18,143 bases of DNA from Octopus sinensis (GCF_006345805.1 NW_021824601.1:1-18143); one strand, 5' to 3'. Counted from the stretch's first letter, positions 1-9,105 are shown. Notes: a model not told the origin generated them from the letters alone. Numbers and translations are program-made.

Positions 1-23
1 ACCACACAAACTGTGAGTGTGTG

Positions 24-371
24 AAGCGATGGTGGAGGGACAAACACAGTCATACACACACACACACACACAACACAATATATGATTTATATATATTATA
101 TATAATACTATGATATATATCGAAACACACACACATAATATATTTATATATATATACACACACACATATATATATACATATATATATACACACATATATA
201 TAATACATATATATACATACATATATATATATACATACATATACATACATACATAAGATATACATACATTATATATATACATACATACATAACATATATC
301 TACAGACACAAATATATAATACACATACATACATATACATACATACATATACATACATACATATACATACA

Positions 372-403
<32 letters not shown>

Positions 404-666
404 CATACATACATACATACATATACATACATACATACGTACATACATATACATACGTACATACATACACACATACATACACACATACATACATACATAT
501 ATACGACGGGCTTCTTTCAGTTTCCGTCTACCAAATCCACGCACAAAGCTTTGGTTGGCCCGAGGCTATAGTAGAAGACTCTTGCCCAAGATGCCATGCA
601 GTGGGACTGAACACAGATCCATGTGGTTGGGAAGCAAGCTACTTACCACACAGCCACTCCTGCGCC
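24..666 (-). mobile_element. SINE family A copy (tRNA-derived head, CORE-like CCTTGGGCAAG segment) with very large internal AC/AT/ATAC microsatellite; 3' part lost or outside window
   Basis: 503-666 is the reverse complement of GGCGCAGGAGTGGCTGTGTGGTAAG...(B-box region)...GACGGAAACTGAAAGAAGCCCGTCGT, as in the copies at 7914 and 10419. 24-48 (AAGCGATGGTGGAGGGACAAACACAG) is the family sequence on the other side of the internal microsatellite. Confidence 0.9.
50..502. repeat. Compound microsatellite (AC)n/(AT)n/(ATAC)n inside SINE-A
   Basis: Directly visible; produces the MYVCMYV pseudo-ORFs. Confidence 0.95.
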
Positions 667-787
667 TTATTATATATATATATAAGCATGAATCATGCTT
701 TGACTAATTCTCTTAAGTGTCAGAAAGTTCGTGTAGAGATATAATCATTCTCTTGACTCGCCTACATTTGATCCAATGGATTACCCA

Positions 788-1086
788 GGTTAGGGTAATC
801 GGTTCACGATTGTAAGGACGCGAGTTCGATTCCCTGCGGCGCGTTGTGTCCTTGAGCAAGACACTTTATTTCACGTTGCTCCAGTCCACTCAGCTGGCAA
901 AAATGAGTTGTACTTGTATTTCAAAGGGTCAGTTTGTCACTCTCTGTGTCACGCTGATTATCCCTGAGAACTACGTTAAGGGTACACGTGTCTGTGGAGT
1001 GCTCAGGCACTTGCACGTTAAGTTCACAAGCAAGCTGTTCCGTTTATCGGATCCACGGGAACCCTCGTCGTCGTAACCGACGGAAT
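788..1086 (+). mobile_element. SINE family C, 5'-truncated tRNA-like head plus CORE-like domain plus tail
   Basis: B-box GAGTTCGATTCC near 821-833, then TGTGTCCTTGAGCAAGACACTT...CAGTCCACTCAGCTG (CORE-like), then a tail ending GTCGTCGTAACCGACGGA that is shared with 11927-12118. Confidence 0.8.
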
Positions 1087-1104
1087 GTCAGTTACACACG
1101 CGCA

Positions 1105-1275
1105 AAAGCACGCGCGTATGTCTTTGCGTTTGCTCTCCATCACCGCTTGACAACCGATGCTGGTGTGTTTACGTCCCCGTAACTTAGTGGTTCGGCAAAA
1201 AAGAACAATGGAATAAGTATCAGAGTTTTTAAAAAATATTGGGATCGATTCGTTCAACTAAAACTCTCCAAGGAG
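1105..1275 (+). mobile_element. Degenerate 3' half of SINE-A
   Basis: CGCTTGACAACCGATGCTGGTGTGTTTACGTCCCCGTAACTTAGTGGTTCGGCAAAA matches the SINE-A 3' body. Confidence 0.8.
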
Positions 1276-1339
1276 GAGAACGAAAAAGCGAGGACAATAT
1301 CTGAGTGTATGCGTGTGTGTTTATACAAATAAATAAATA

Positions 1340-1370
<31 letters not shown>

Positions 1371-1374
<4 letters not shown>

Positions 1375-1765
1375 TGGCTCTGTGGTAAGAAAACTTGGTT
1401 CCCAACCACATTTTCCGGGTTCAGTCCCGCTGCGTGGAACCTTGGGCAAGTGTCTTCTACTATAGCATAGGGCCGACCAAAGCATTTACATGGACTTGGG
1501 AGACGGAAGTTGAAAGCAGCCCGCCGAATATAGGTATATATATTTATGTGTGTGTATTTGTGTCTGTGTTTGTCCGCCGAACCACCAACGTTTGATAACC
1601 GATGCTGGTGTGTCTTACTTCCCCGTAATCTAGCTGTTCGCCGACCAGAGACCGATAAAATAAGTACTAGGCAAACAATAATTCCGGGGTCGATTAGGTC
1701 GACTAAAGGCGATGCTCCAGCATGGCCTCAGTCAAATGACTGAAACAAGTAAAAGAATAAAAGAA
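1371..1765 (+). mobile_element. SINE-A, near full length, diverged
   Basis: Head GTAGTGGCTCTGTGGTAAG, B-box GGTTCAGTCCC, internal TA/TG tract, 3' end CAGTCAAATGACTGAAACAAGTAAAAGAATAAAAGA. Confidence 0.9.
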
Positions 1766-1770
1766 TATAT

Positions 1771-2187
1771 ATTCTTTTATTCGTTTATTCTTTTACTTGT
1801 TTCAGTCATTTGACTGCGGCCGTGTGGAGCACTGCCTTTAGTCGACAAATCGGTTGTCAAGCGATGGTGGGTGGACAAACACAGACACACAAACATATTT
1901 ACATAGATGTATATGTAAACTGAAAGAAGCCGTCGTATATATTATATATATAATATTATATATATATATATATATACACACACAACCACACAACCACAAC
2001 ACACACACACACACACACACACAACGATGGGCTTCTTTCAGTTTCTGTCTACCAAACCCACGTACAAGGCTTTGGTCGGCCCGAGGCTATAGTAGAAGAC
2101 ACTTGCTCAAGATGCCACGCAGTGGGACTGAACACAGATCCATGTGGTTGGGAAGCAAGCTACTTACCACACAGCCACTCCTGCGCC
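1771..2187 (-). mobile_element. SINE-A, tail-to-tail with the previous copy, with ~90-bp internal deletion
   Basis: Reverse complement of the family from tail to GGCGCAGG head. GTCGACAAATCG is joined directly to GTTGTCAAGCG, whereas the copy at 7914 has ~90 bp between them. Confidence 0.9.
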
Positions 2188-2405
2188 TATATATAAGCAT
2201 GAATCAATGGTTCAGCTAATTCTTTTAAGTTTGTAAGTTCGCGTAGAGATATAGTCATTCTCTTGACTCACCTACATTTGATCCAACGGATTACCCAGGA
2301 TGCAACAGCAGGAAAGAGGTGGACTGCTACACTAGCGATCGGCTGGTAACATGTCGCCTGAGTAAACCGAAACGACGTAAAATGAAGATTACTGAAGGAC
2401 ACAAA

Positions 2406-2480
2406 GTGCCGCTCAAACCAGGAATCGAACCTCTGGTCTAATTGTTGCGAGCCTAACACTCTGCCCACAAGGCTGTGCGC
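2406..2480 (-). mobile_element. Isolated decayed tRNA-like (SINE) head
   Basis: Minus strand GCGCACAGCCTTGTGGGCAGAGTGTTAGG...GGTTCGATTCCTGG: A-box-like and B-box at tRNA spacing, no intact cloverleaf. Confidence 0.5.
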
Positions 2481-2517
2481 TTTCGCCCACTACCGGGTGT
2501 ACCATACAAGAAAATAC

Positions 2518-2935
2518 ATATTTCTTTACTACCCACAAGGGGCTAAACACAGAGGGGACAAACAAGGACAGACAAACGGATTAAGTCGATTATATCGACC
2601 CCAGTGCGTAACTGGTATTTAATTTATCGACCCCGAAAGGATGAAAGGCAAAATTGACCTCGGCGGAATTTGAACTCAGAACGTAGCGGCAGACGAAATA
2701 CCTATTTCTTTACTACCCACAAGGGGCTAAACACAGAGAGGACAAACAAGGACAGACAAACGGATTAAGTCGATTACATCGAACCCAGTGCGGAACTGGT
2801 ACTTAATTTATCGACCTCGAAAGGATGAAAGGCAAAGTCAGCCTCGGAGGAATTTGAACTCAGAACGTAACGGCAGGCGAAATACCGCTAAGCATTTCGC
2901 TCGGCGTGCTATCATTTCTGCCAGCTCGCCGCCTT
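2518..2935 (-). mobile_element. SINE family B dimer (head + body + second headless module) with 17-bp TSD
   Basis: TSD ACCATACAAGAAAATAC (2501-2517) / ACCACACAAGAAAATAC (2936-2952). Head AAGGCGGCGAGCTGGCAGAA, B-box GAGTTCAAATTCC, module junction AAAGAAATAGG|TATTTCGTCTGCC at ~2701. Confidence 0.92.
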
Positions 2936-3572
2936 ACCACACAAGAAAATACCTGCTAGACTTAAGTACACAGTGATTGTGTCAATCTCGGCGAAGACCG
3001 ACCAAATATGGCGACGACAATGACTGTATCTGGTGAACTATTTATTATGATCTGAAAGTGAGACGATGGAGGTGCTTGTATAAACAACGGTAGATGTTGA
3101 AGTGTTATTAAATGTAAATGGCAATGACCAACATCAAAAAACAGGCTTGACCTGTCAGCATTAATCACCGAAGTTGACTTGAGGACCGAAATATTAAGTA
3201 GAAGGTCTGAGAACTCCGCTGTTACCGAATGACGTCAGTATGACGTGGAAGAATATAGGTGGGAGAGAAAGTCAAATACATACCTGGGCATACGTACGGA
3301 CACGCAGATAAACACACACACACACACGCACACACAAATATGTATATATACACTCTACACATGGACGCGAGTATAGACACACACACTCAAAGACAGACAC
3401 AAATATATACAGCTTGATGTACACACACGTAGAAGCGATAAACAAAACAGGTTGTTGATCGTCCCACTCAGCGAAGAGACACAATCAAGGATCCGACCTT
3501 CTGTTACCGAAAGTATCCATCAATGGGTGACAAATATTAATTAAAAATGATTTGGCCTCAGTGATATAAAAC

Positions 3573-3994
3573 GGATCTTTTCGGTTTCAACGGCAGTTTT
3601 TTAAAAATAATTTCCACGTAACTAAACACTTTTAAACATCGTATACTGGTAGAATGTGTTTATAAAACATCTTTTTCTCTTGGCTTTATTGAGAAAATTC
3701 TATAGTTTGTAAGATATTTGTTGTTCTTTACTTCAATTTCTGCAATTTCAACCAATCAATGACGTCTATTGAGGTAAAAAACATTCTGTGCCGTATGAAT
3801 ATTCCCTCGTTTAAGAAACATATTGGATTTATTTACATTTCTGAAGAAAAAAAGATGCCCTTCTCCCCACCCCTAACTCTAACCCTAACCCTAAAACAGA
3901 TTGAAATGCAATAGATCGATACTAGGGTCATATTATGGATGACAATTTCATATGACACCGCTAGAAAAAACTGCCGTTCAAACCGAAAAGATCC
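3573..3994. mobile_element. MITE with 30-bp TIRs starting GGATC and 8-bp TSD (Merlin-like by GG terminus and 8-bp TSD; superfamily tentative)
   Basis: TIRs 3573-3602 and 3965-3994 match 29/30. Perfect TSD TATAAAAC at 3565-3572 and 3995-4002. Confidence 0.88.
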
Positions 3995-4271
3995 TATAAA
4001 ACTAATGGGCTGTTTACAGCCATTTACATCGATTCAGTGAGTGGCAGATACTTAATTAGCCATTCGCTCTCTGAATTAGCCCTCTTGAAGGAAATTGAAC
4101 AGACCAAGTTAACTCGACGGGATTTGTATGTACGATATAACACGAATCAACTAAATGTACAAATATATTTAGTCTGGTCATGGAATTTCTAACACAAGTA
4201 GGCCGTCATAAGAAAGTGGGAAGAGTATACCGAGGAAACGCGCGCACGCACGCACGCACGCACATAGTTGC

Positions 4272-4612
4272 AGTTTTAGTCCCACTGCGTGAAGCCTTAG
4301 GCAAGTATCTTGTGTTATAGTCTTGGACCTACCACAATGCCCTGTAAATAAATTTGATAGACGGAAACTGTGTGGAAGCCCGTCGTGTATATATATATAT
4401 ATATATGGTGTGTGTCTTTGTTTATCTCCCAACCACTTGACAACCGGTACTGGTGTGTTTGCGTCCCCGTAACCTAGCGGTTCGACAAAATAATTCGATA
4501 GAATAAATACCAGGCTATTAAAAGAATAAGTACTGGAGTCGATTGGTACTAAAAATTCTTCAAGGCGGTGCCCCAGTATGGCCATGGTCTAATGACTAAA
4601 ACAAATATAAGA
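4272..4612 (+). mobile_element. Old diverged, 5'-truncated SINE-A-related copy
   Basis: AGTCCCACTGCGTG...GACGGAAACTG...GAAGCCCGTCGT, internal TA tract, CACTTGACAACCG...CCCCGTAACCTAGCGGTTCG, tail TGACTAAAACAAATATAAGA. Confidence 0.8.
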
Positions 4613-4856
4613 TAAATGACACTACTGCCGTTTCTAGCAGTCTCAGTCTTATATATTGCTTTGTACCGGTTTACAACTCGATGAGCTGCCCCATTACAGC
4701 TCATTTACCCGACCACCACCAAAATAATGTCTCCGACAGAGATACGAACCAACGACCTTTGGTTTGGTTATCCTCCACTTCGTCATGCAGTCATTGATGC
4801 TTCATCAGTGAAATTGGCAATTATTACGTTGTTACGTTTCTTGTTATCATAATACC

Positions 4857-5088
4857 TATTTCTATTTCTTTACTACCCACAAGAGGCTAAACAGAGGGAA
4901 CGAACAAGGACAGACAAACGGATTAAGTCGATTACATCGACCCCAGAGTTCAACTGGTACTTAATTTATCGACCCCGAAAGGATGAAAGGCAAAGTCGAC
5001 GTCGGCGGAATTTGAACTCAGAACGTAACGGCAGACAAAATACGGCTACGCATTTCGCCCGGCGTGCTAACGTTTCTGCCAGCTCGCC
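4857..5088 (-). mobile_element. SINE-B full-length monomer with perfect 16-bp TSD
   Basis: TTGTTATCATAATACC at 4841-4856 and 5089-5104; tail of GAAATA repeats. Confidence 0.93.
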
Positions 5089-5252
5089 TTGTTATCATAA
5101 TACCAATAAATCATGCATGTGTGAATGTACCGTTTGGCTTTCATATGTGTGTGTCATTTTTGGATCATGTCCAGTACCACCTCCAGACCATAGGTTTTGC
5201 TATTGGATTTCTTTTACTGTTTCTCTTTTATGAAGTTGGGTCTTTGCTCCTA

Positions 5253-6035
5253 TGCCCAACCGTCCTCCTTTTTCCGGGTTTAAGACTGGCATAGAAGAGT
5301 ACCCGGAAAATCGGCAGAACGCTTGATGTTTTGCACCAAAGATGCTTGAGAAAGATTCTTACGATATATTGGTGAAATCGCATAACCGATGGAGACATTC
5401 TAATGAGAGCCAACAAAGGCCCTCTTATCGAAATCATCACGGAACGAAGATTAAAACTACCAGATCATTTAACCCATCTATCAGGCAGGACAACGCCATT
5501 CTAACATGACTTTCAAATGGACACTACCGGAGAGAAAGAGAAAATGATAAGGACCGTGAACTACATGGCGCAGAATATCTATAACCGACGGATATGAAGG
5601 CGGCGGGCTGGCTGAAGCGTTAGAACGCCGGGCGAAATGCTTAGCGGTATTTGCCGTTACGTTGTGAGTTCAAATTCCGCCGAGGTCGACTTTGCCTTTC
5701 ATCCTTTCGGGGTCGATAAATTAAGTACCAGTTACGCATTGGGGTCGATATAATCGACTTAATACCTATGTCTGTCCATGTTTGTCCCCTCTATTACCTT
5801 GTGGGTGATAAAGAAATAGGTATTTCGTCTGCCGCTACGGTCTGAGTTCAAATTCCGCGCAGGCCGACTTTCCCTTTCACCCTGTCTGTCCTTGTTTGTC
5901 TCCTCTGTGTTTAGCCCCTTGTGGGCAATAAAGAAATAAGAATATCCATAACCGACGTGATCGAGGCCAATATCACATGGCCGGACAGCGGAGAAAGCTA
6001 CACACAACAAATACCAATGGCGTTAACATGTAGCC
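5253..6035 (+). pseudogene. Decayed RTE-type LINE ORF2 C-terminal region, interrupted by SINE-B
   Basis: My translation: PTVLL...*KSTRKIGRTLDVLHQRCLRKILTIYW*NRITDGDILMRAN...RRLK, then after a frameshift FKWTLPERKRK**GP*TTWRR. It resumes after 5957 with ITDVIEANITW...QWR*HVA. This matches the post-RT pattern of RTE-clade ORF2 (LDVFHQRCLRRIL.I.W..R.TN.EVL.RA...KWTP..KRKRGRP.TTWRR...QWR). Confidence 0.8.
5597..5938 (+). mobile_element. SINE-B dimer, second module internally deleted, ~19-bp TSD
   Basis: TSD AGAATATC(T/C)ATAACCGACG at 5572-5590 and 5939-5957; same AAAGAAATAGG|TATTTCG junction at 5819-5821. Confidence 0.9.
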
Positions 6036-6447
6036 CAAAATAGTTCAGGAGAGTTACATGAAGCTGGAAATTGAAATACATGTAGCACACTGAAATACAT
6101 GTAGCATGCGTCCGTTTTAGATAAAAACCACGAAATATGGCTGGAAAATTAGTAGTGGTTTAACATGATTAATTGTTGTTAAAACAGCGATATGCCAAAG
6201 GAAATCACTTTAGCTGCCTAACTTTTTCTTCAATTTATCACTAAAATATCCTTAGCCAACACGATACATCATACAGCGTACAAATATATTAGTCACGGAA
6301 CAACAGTCAATCAATACTTTTATATAACTCAGCGGTCCCCAAAGTTTTGTACACCACGACCGGGAGACCTTGCGCATAACGAAACACCATAAGGAGCAGA
6401 ACATAATTTAAATGTTACATATATATAATACATATATGTATTACATA

Positions 6448-6556
6448 TCACCGTGACTGACCAGGCTATCAGACGTTGCTACACATCGCTGGTCACAATG
6501 CGCTTCGCATTGTTTTAGCCTTTGAATGACGCCACCCCACTGGCTAAGCAAGCAGG

Positions 6557-6590
<34 letters not shown>

Positions 6591-6853
6591 CGTGATCACC
6601 GTGACCGACCAGGCTATCAGATGTTGCTACACATCGCTGGTCACAATGCGCTTCGCAATTGTTTTAGCCTTTGAATGACGCCACCCCACTGGCTAAGCAA
6701 GCAGGCCAATATATATATATATATATATATATCACCGTGATCACCGTGACCGACCAGGCTATCAGATGTTGCTACACATCGCTGGTCACAATGCGCTTCG
6801 CAATTGTTTTAGCCTTTGAATGACGCCACCCCGCTGGCTAAGCAAGCAGGCCA

Positions 6854-6893
<40 letters not shown>

Positions 6894-7006
6894 CGTGATC
6901 ACCGTGACCGACCAGGCTATCAGATGTTGCTACACATCGCTGGTCACAATGCGCTTCGCATTTTTTAGCCTTCGAATGACGCCACCCCGCTGGCTAAGCA
7001 AGCAGG

Positions 7007-7058
<52 letters not shown>

Positions 7059-7180
7059 ATATCACACCGTGATCACCGTGACTGACCAGGCTATCAGATG
7101 TTGCTACACATCGCTGGTCACAATGCGCTTCGCATTGTTTTAGCCTTCGAATGACGCCACCCCGCTGGCTAAGCGAAGCA
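6448..7180 (-). repeat. Tandem array of 5 copies of a ~115-125-bp SINE-D 3' tail separated by (TA)n
   Basis: Units start near 6448, 6587, 6732, 6890 and 7062. Each reads TCACCGTG...GACCAGGCTATCAGA...GCTAAGCAAGCAGGCCAA; the fifth runs on into the SINE body. Confidence 0.95.
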
Positions 7181-7375
7181 AGCCAACAGAAGAAAGAGTG
7201 AGAGAAAGTTGTGGCGAAAGAGTACAGCAGGGATCGCTACACCCTCTGCCGGAGCCTCGTGAAGCTTTGGGTGTTTTCGCTCAATAAACAGTCACAACGC
7301 CCGGTCTGGGAACCGAAAACGCGATCCTACAACCGCGAGTCCGCTGCCCTAACCACTGGGCCATTGCGCCTCCAC
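7062..7375 (-). mobile_element. SINE family D, full length
   Basis: Minus-strand head GGAGGCGCAATGGCCCAGTGGTTAGGGCAGCGGACTCGCGG (tRNA-like A-box) and degenerate B-box TTCGGTTCCC; the body continues into the tail unit. Confidence 0.85.
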
Positions 7376-7913
7376 ACATGTATTACATATATGTATTATA
7401 TATATCAAGTAGGAAAACACCCTGCAGGCTGCGAAACTCTGCGAAATAATAAATAATAAATAAATATTTACTCTTTCTGTGCGGTCCGGTATCAAATGAC
7501 TCACGGCCCGGTACCAATTAATTCACGGTTCGATACTGGTCCGCGTTCCGGTAGTGGGGGAAACCCCTGATATAGATAATAACTTCAACACATGTATGAC
7601 TAAATAAAACATTGAAGTGCCTCTTGTAAACGGCGCACCCCATCTCAGTAAAGACATTTGGCATAGATGTGTGGTTCGTAAGATTTTGGCAAAGCAATTT
7701 AGGTTACCTACAATGATATTTTCGAAACAAAGATAAGCAAAGGTACGTAAATACTTAGGAGTCAGCGGTGTATGAAGAAAACAACATAATCTTAAATGAA
7801 GGTAAGACTTTGATAGGATTTATCTCCCTTCTATCTAGCCACCAAATTGCGTTAAGTTGGGTTAGGGTGTAAATATATCTACATTCCTATGTACAATATA
7901 TATATATATATAT

Positions 7914-8313
7914 ACTCTTTTACTCTTTTACTTGTTTCAGTCATTTGACTGCGGCCATGCTGGAGCACCGCCTTTAGTCGAGCAACTCGACCCCGGGACT
8001 TATTCTTTGTAAGCCCAGTATTCTATCGGTCTCTTTTGCCGAACCGCTAAGTTACGGGGACATAAACACACCAGCATCGGTTGTCAAGCAATGCTAGGGG
8101 GACAAACACAGACACACAAACACACACACACATATATATATACATATATACGACAGGCTTCTTTCAGTTTCCGTCTACCAAATCCATTCACAAGGCTTTG
8201 GTCGGCCCGAGACTATAGTAGAAGACACTTGCCCAAGGTGCCACGCAGTGGGACTGAACCCGGAACCATGTGGCTGGCAAGCAAGCTACTTACCACACAG
8301 CCACTCCTGCGCC
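7914..8313 (-). mobile_element. SINE-A, full length, young, in a (TA)n site
   Basis: Complete head to GAGTAAAA-repeat tail; TA-rich on both flanks. Confidence 0.95.
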
Positions 8314-8509
8314 TATATGTATGTATTATGTATGTATGTATGTACATACTCTCACAGACATATTTTTAAACGGCAGAAGATAGAAAATTACTCAAAGGCT
8401 GAGAGTTTCGTTCATGACACTTATTTGGAAAGTGGCATCCATCAAACATTATATATAGACACCCATAATCTCTTCTCCATTGAATCGATCTCCCTATTCT
8501 CGTTCTTCC

Positions 8510-8907
8510 TCTCTCTCTCTCTCTCCTCTCTCTCTCTAACACACACATATACACATGCATATATACGCATACATGTATACACATACATATATACATATGT
8601 AAGTATATATACACATACATATATGCATGTGTAAATGTATATACACATACATATACATGTATACGCATACATTTATACACCTACATATATACGTATGTAA
8701 GTGTATATACATGTATACGCATACATTTATACATATATGTATGTGTATGCGTGTATGAAAATGAATTAATGAATGCTTGAGAGATAGAGAGAGAGGGTGG
8801 AGAAAGAGTGTGTGAGAGGGGGAGAGGGGGAGAATGGGGGAGTGAGGGAAAAGAGGGGGAGAGAGAGAGAAGGAAGAGAGGGGGAGAGAGAGGGAGAGAG
8901 GGGAGAT
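8510..8907. repeat. (CT)n, AC/AT compound microsatellite and a ~125-bp polypurine GA/G-run tract
   Basis: Directly visible; the purine tract is at ~8780-8907. Confidence 0.9.
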
Positions 8908-8943
8908 GAGTTGAAAATGCAGCTATTGTGAAGCAATTTCTAG

Positions 8944-9105
8944 AAAATGGAGCTATCCAGCTTACGAGACCTTTTTGAGAGGAGTGTACGACGTGCCCCC
9001 CATTCCCGATTAATATTCGACAATGTTGCTGAGGTGACATCGTTGATTGCCCTTAATTCAGAGGTTACAACCGTTAGAAGATCTTCTGGCGACACAAATG
9101 AAGAG
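8944..9105 (+). CDS. Possible coding exon of an unidentified gene (MELSSLRDLFERSVRRAPHSRLIFDN...TNEE)
   Basis: Acceptor-like TTTCTAG| at 8943, AAAATGG start context at 8947, donor GAG|GTGAGT at 9105/9106, 162 nt, non-repetitive. No homology confirmed. Confidence 0.3.

Larger units (their letters stand above)
6330..7569. mobile_element. Old Charlie-like hAT MITE hosting the nested SINE-D
   Basis: Left end CAGCGGTCCCCAA, right end GTGGGGAAACCCCTG, subterminal CGGCCCGGTACC...GGTCCGCG. Flanks ATATAACT / ATATAGAT match 6/8, consistent with a decayed 8-bp TSD. Confidence 0.6.

Noticed and set aside
50-544. ORFs such as MYVCMYV..., also at 8248-8680, 9678-10033, 11341-11649 and 15091-15440
   Set aside because: Translations of dinucleotide/tetranucleotide repeats that simply lack stop codons.
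4681-4706. Short hairpin ATGAGCTG-ccccatta-CAGCTCAT
   Set aside because: An 8-bp stem is expected by chance in 18 kb, and there is no supporting context.
6072-6106. 16-bp direct repeat TGAAATACATGTAGCA x2
   Set aside because: Only 3 bp lie between the copies; best explained as a small slippage duplication.
6448-7180. Regularly spaced repeats resembling a CRISPR array
   Set aside because: Units are ~120 bp, spacers are pure (TA)n, and the unit is the tail of the adjacent SINE; eukaryotic context with no cas genes.
7300-7375. tRNA genes at SINE heads (also ~600-666, 2850-2935, 8240-8313)
   Set aside because: A/B boxes are present but there is no intact cloverleaf, and each runs into a SINE body.
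7759-7806. Micro-exon ending at AAG|GTAAGA
   Set aside because: Good donor but weak acceptor and no other support; such donors occur by chance.
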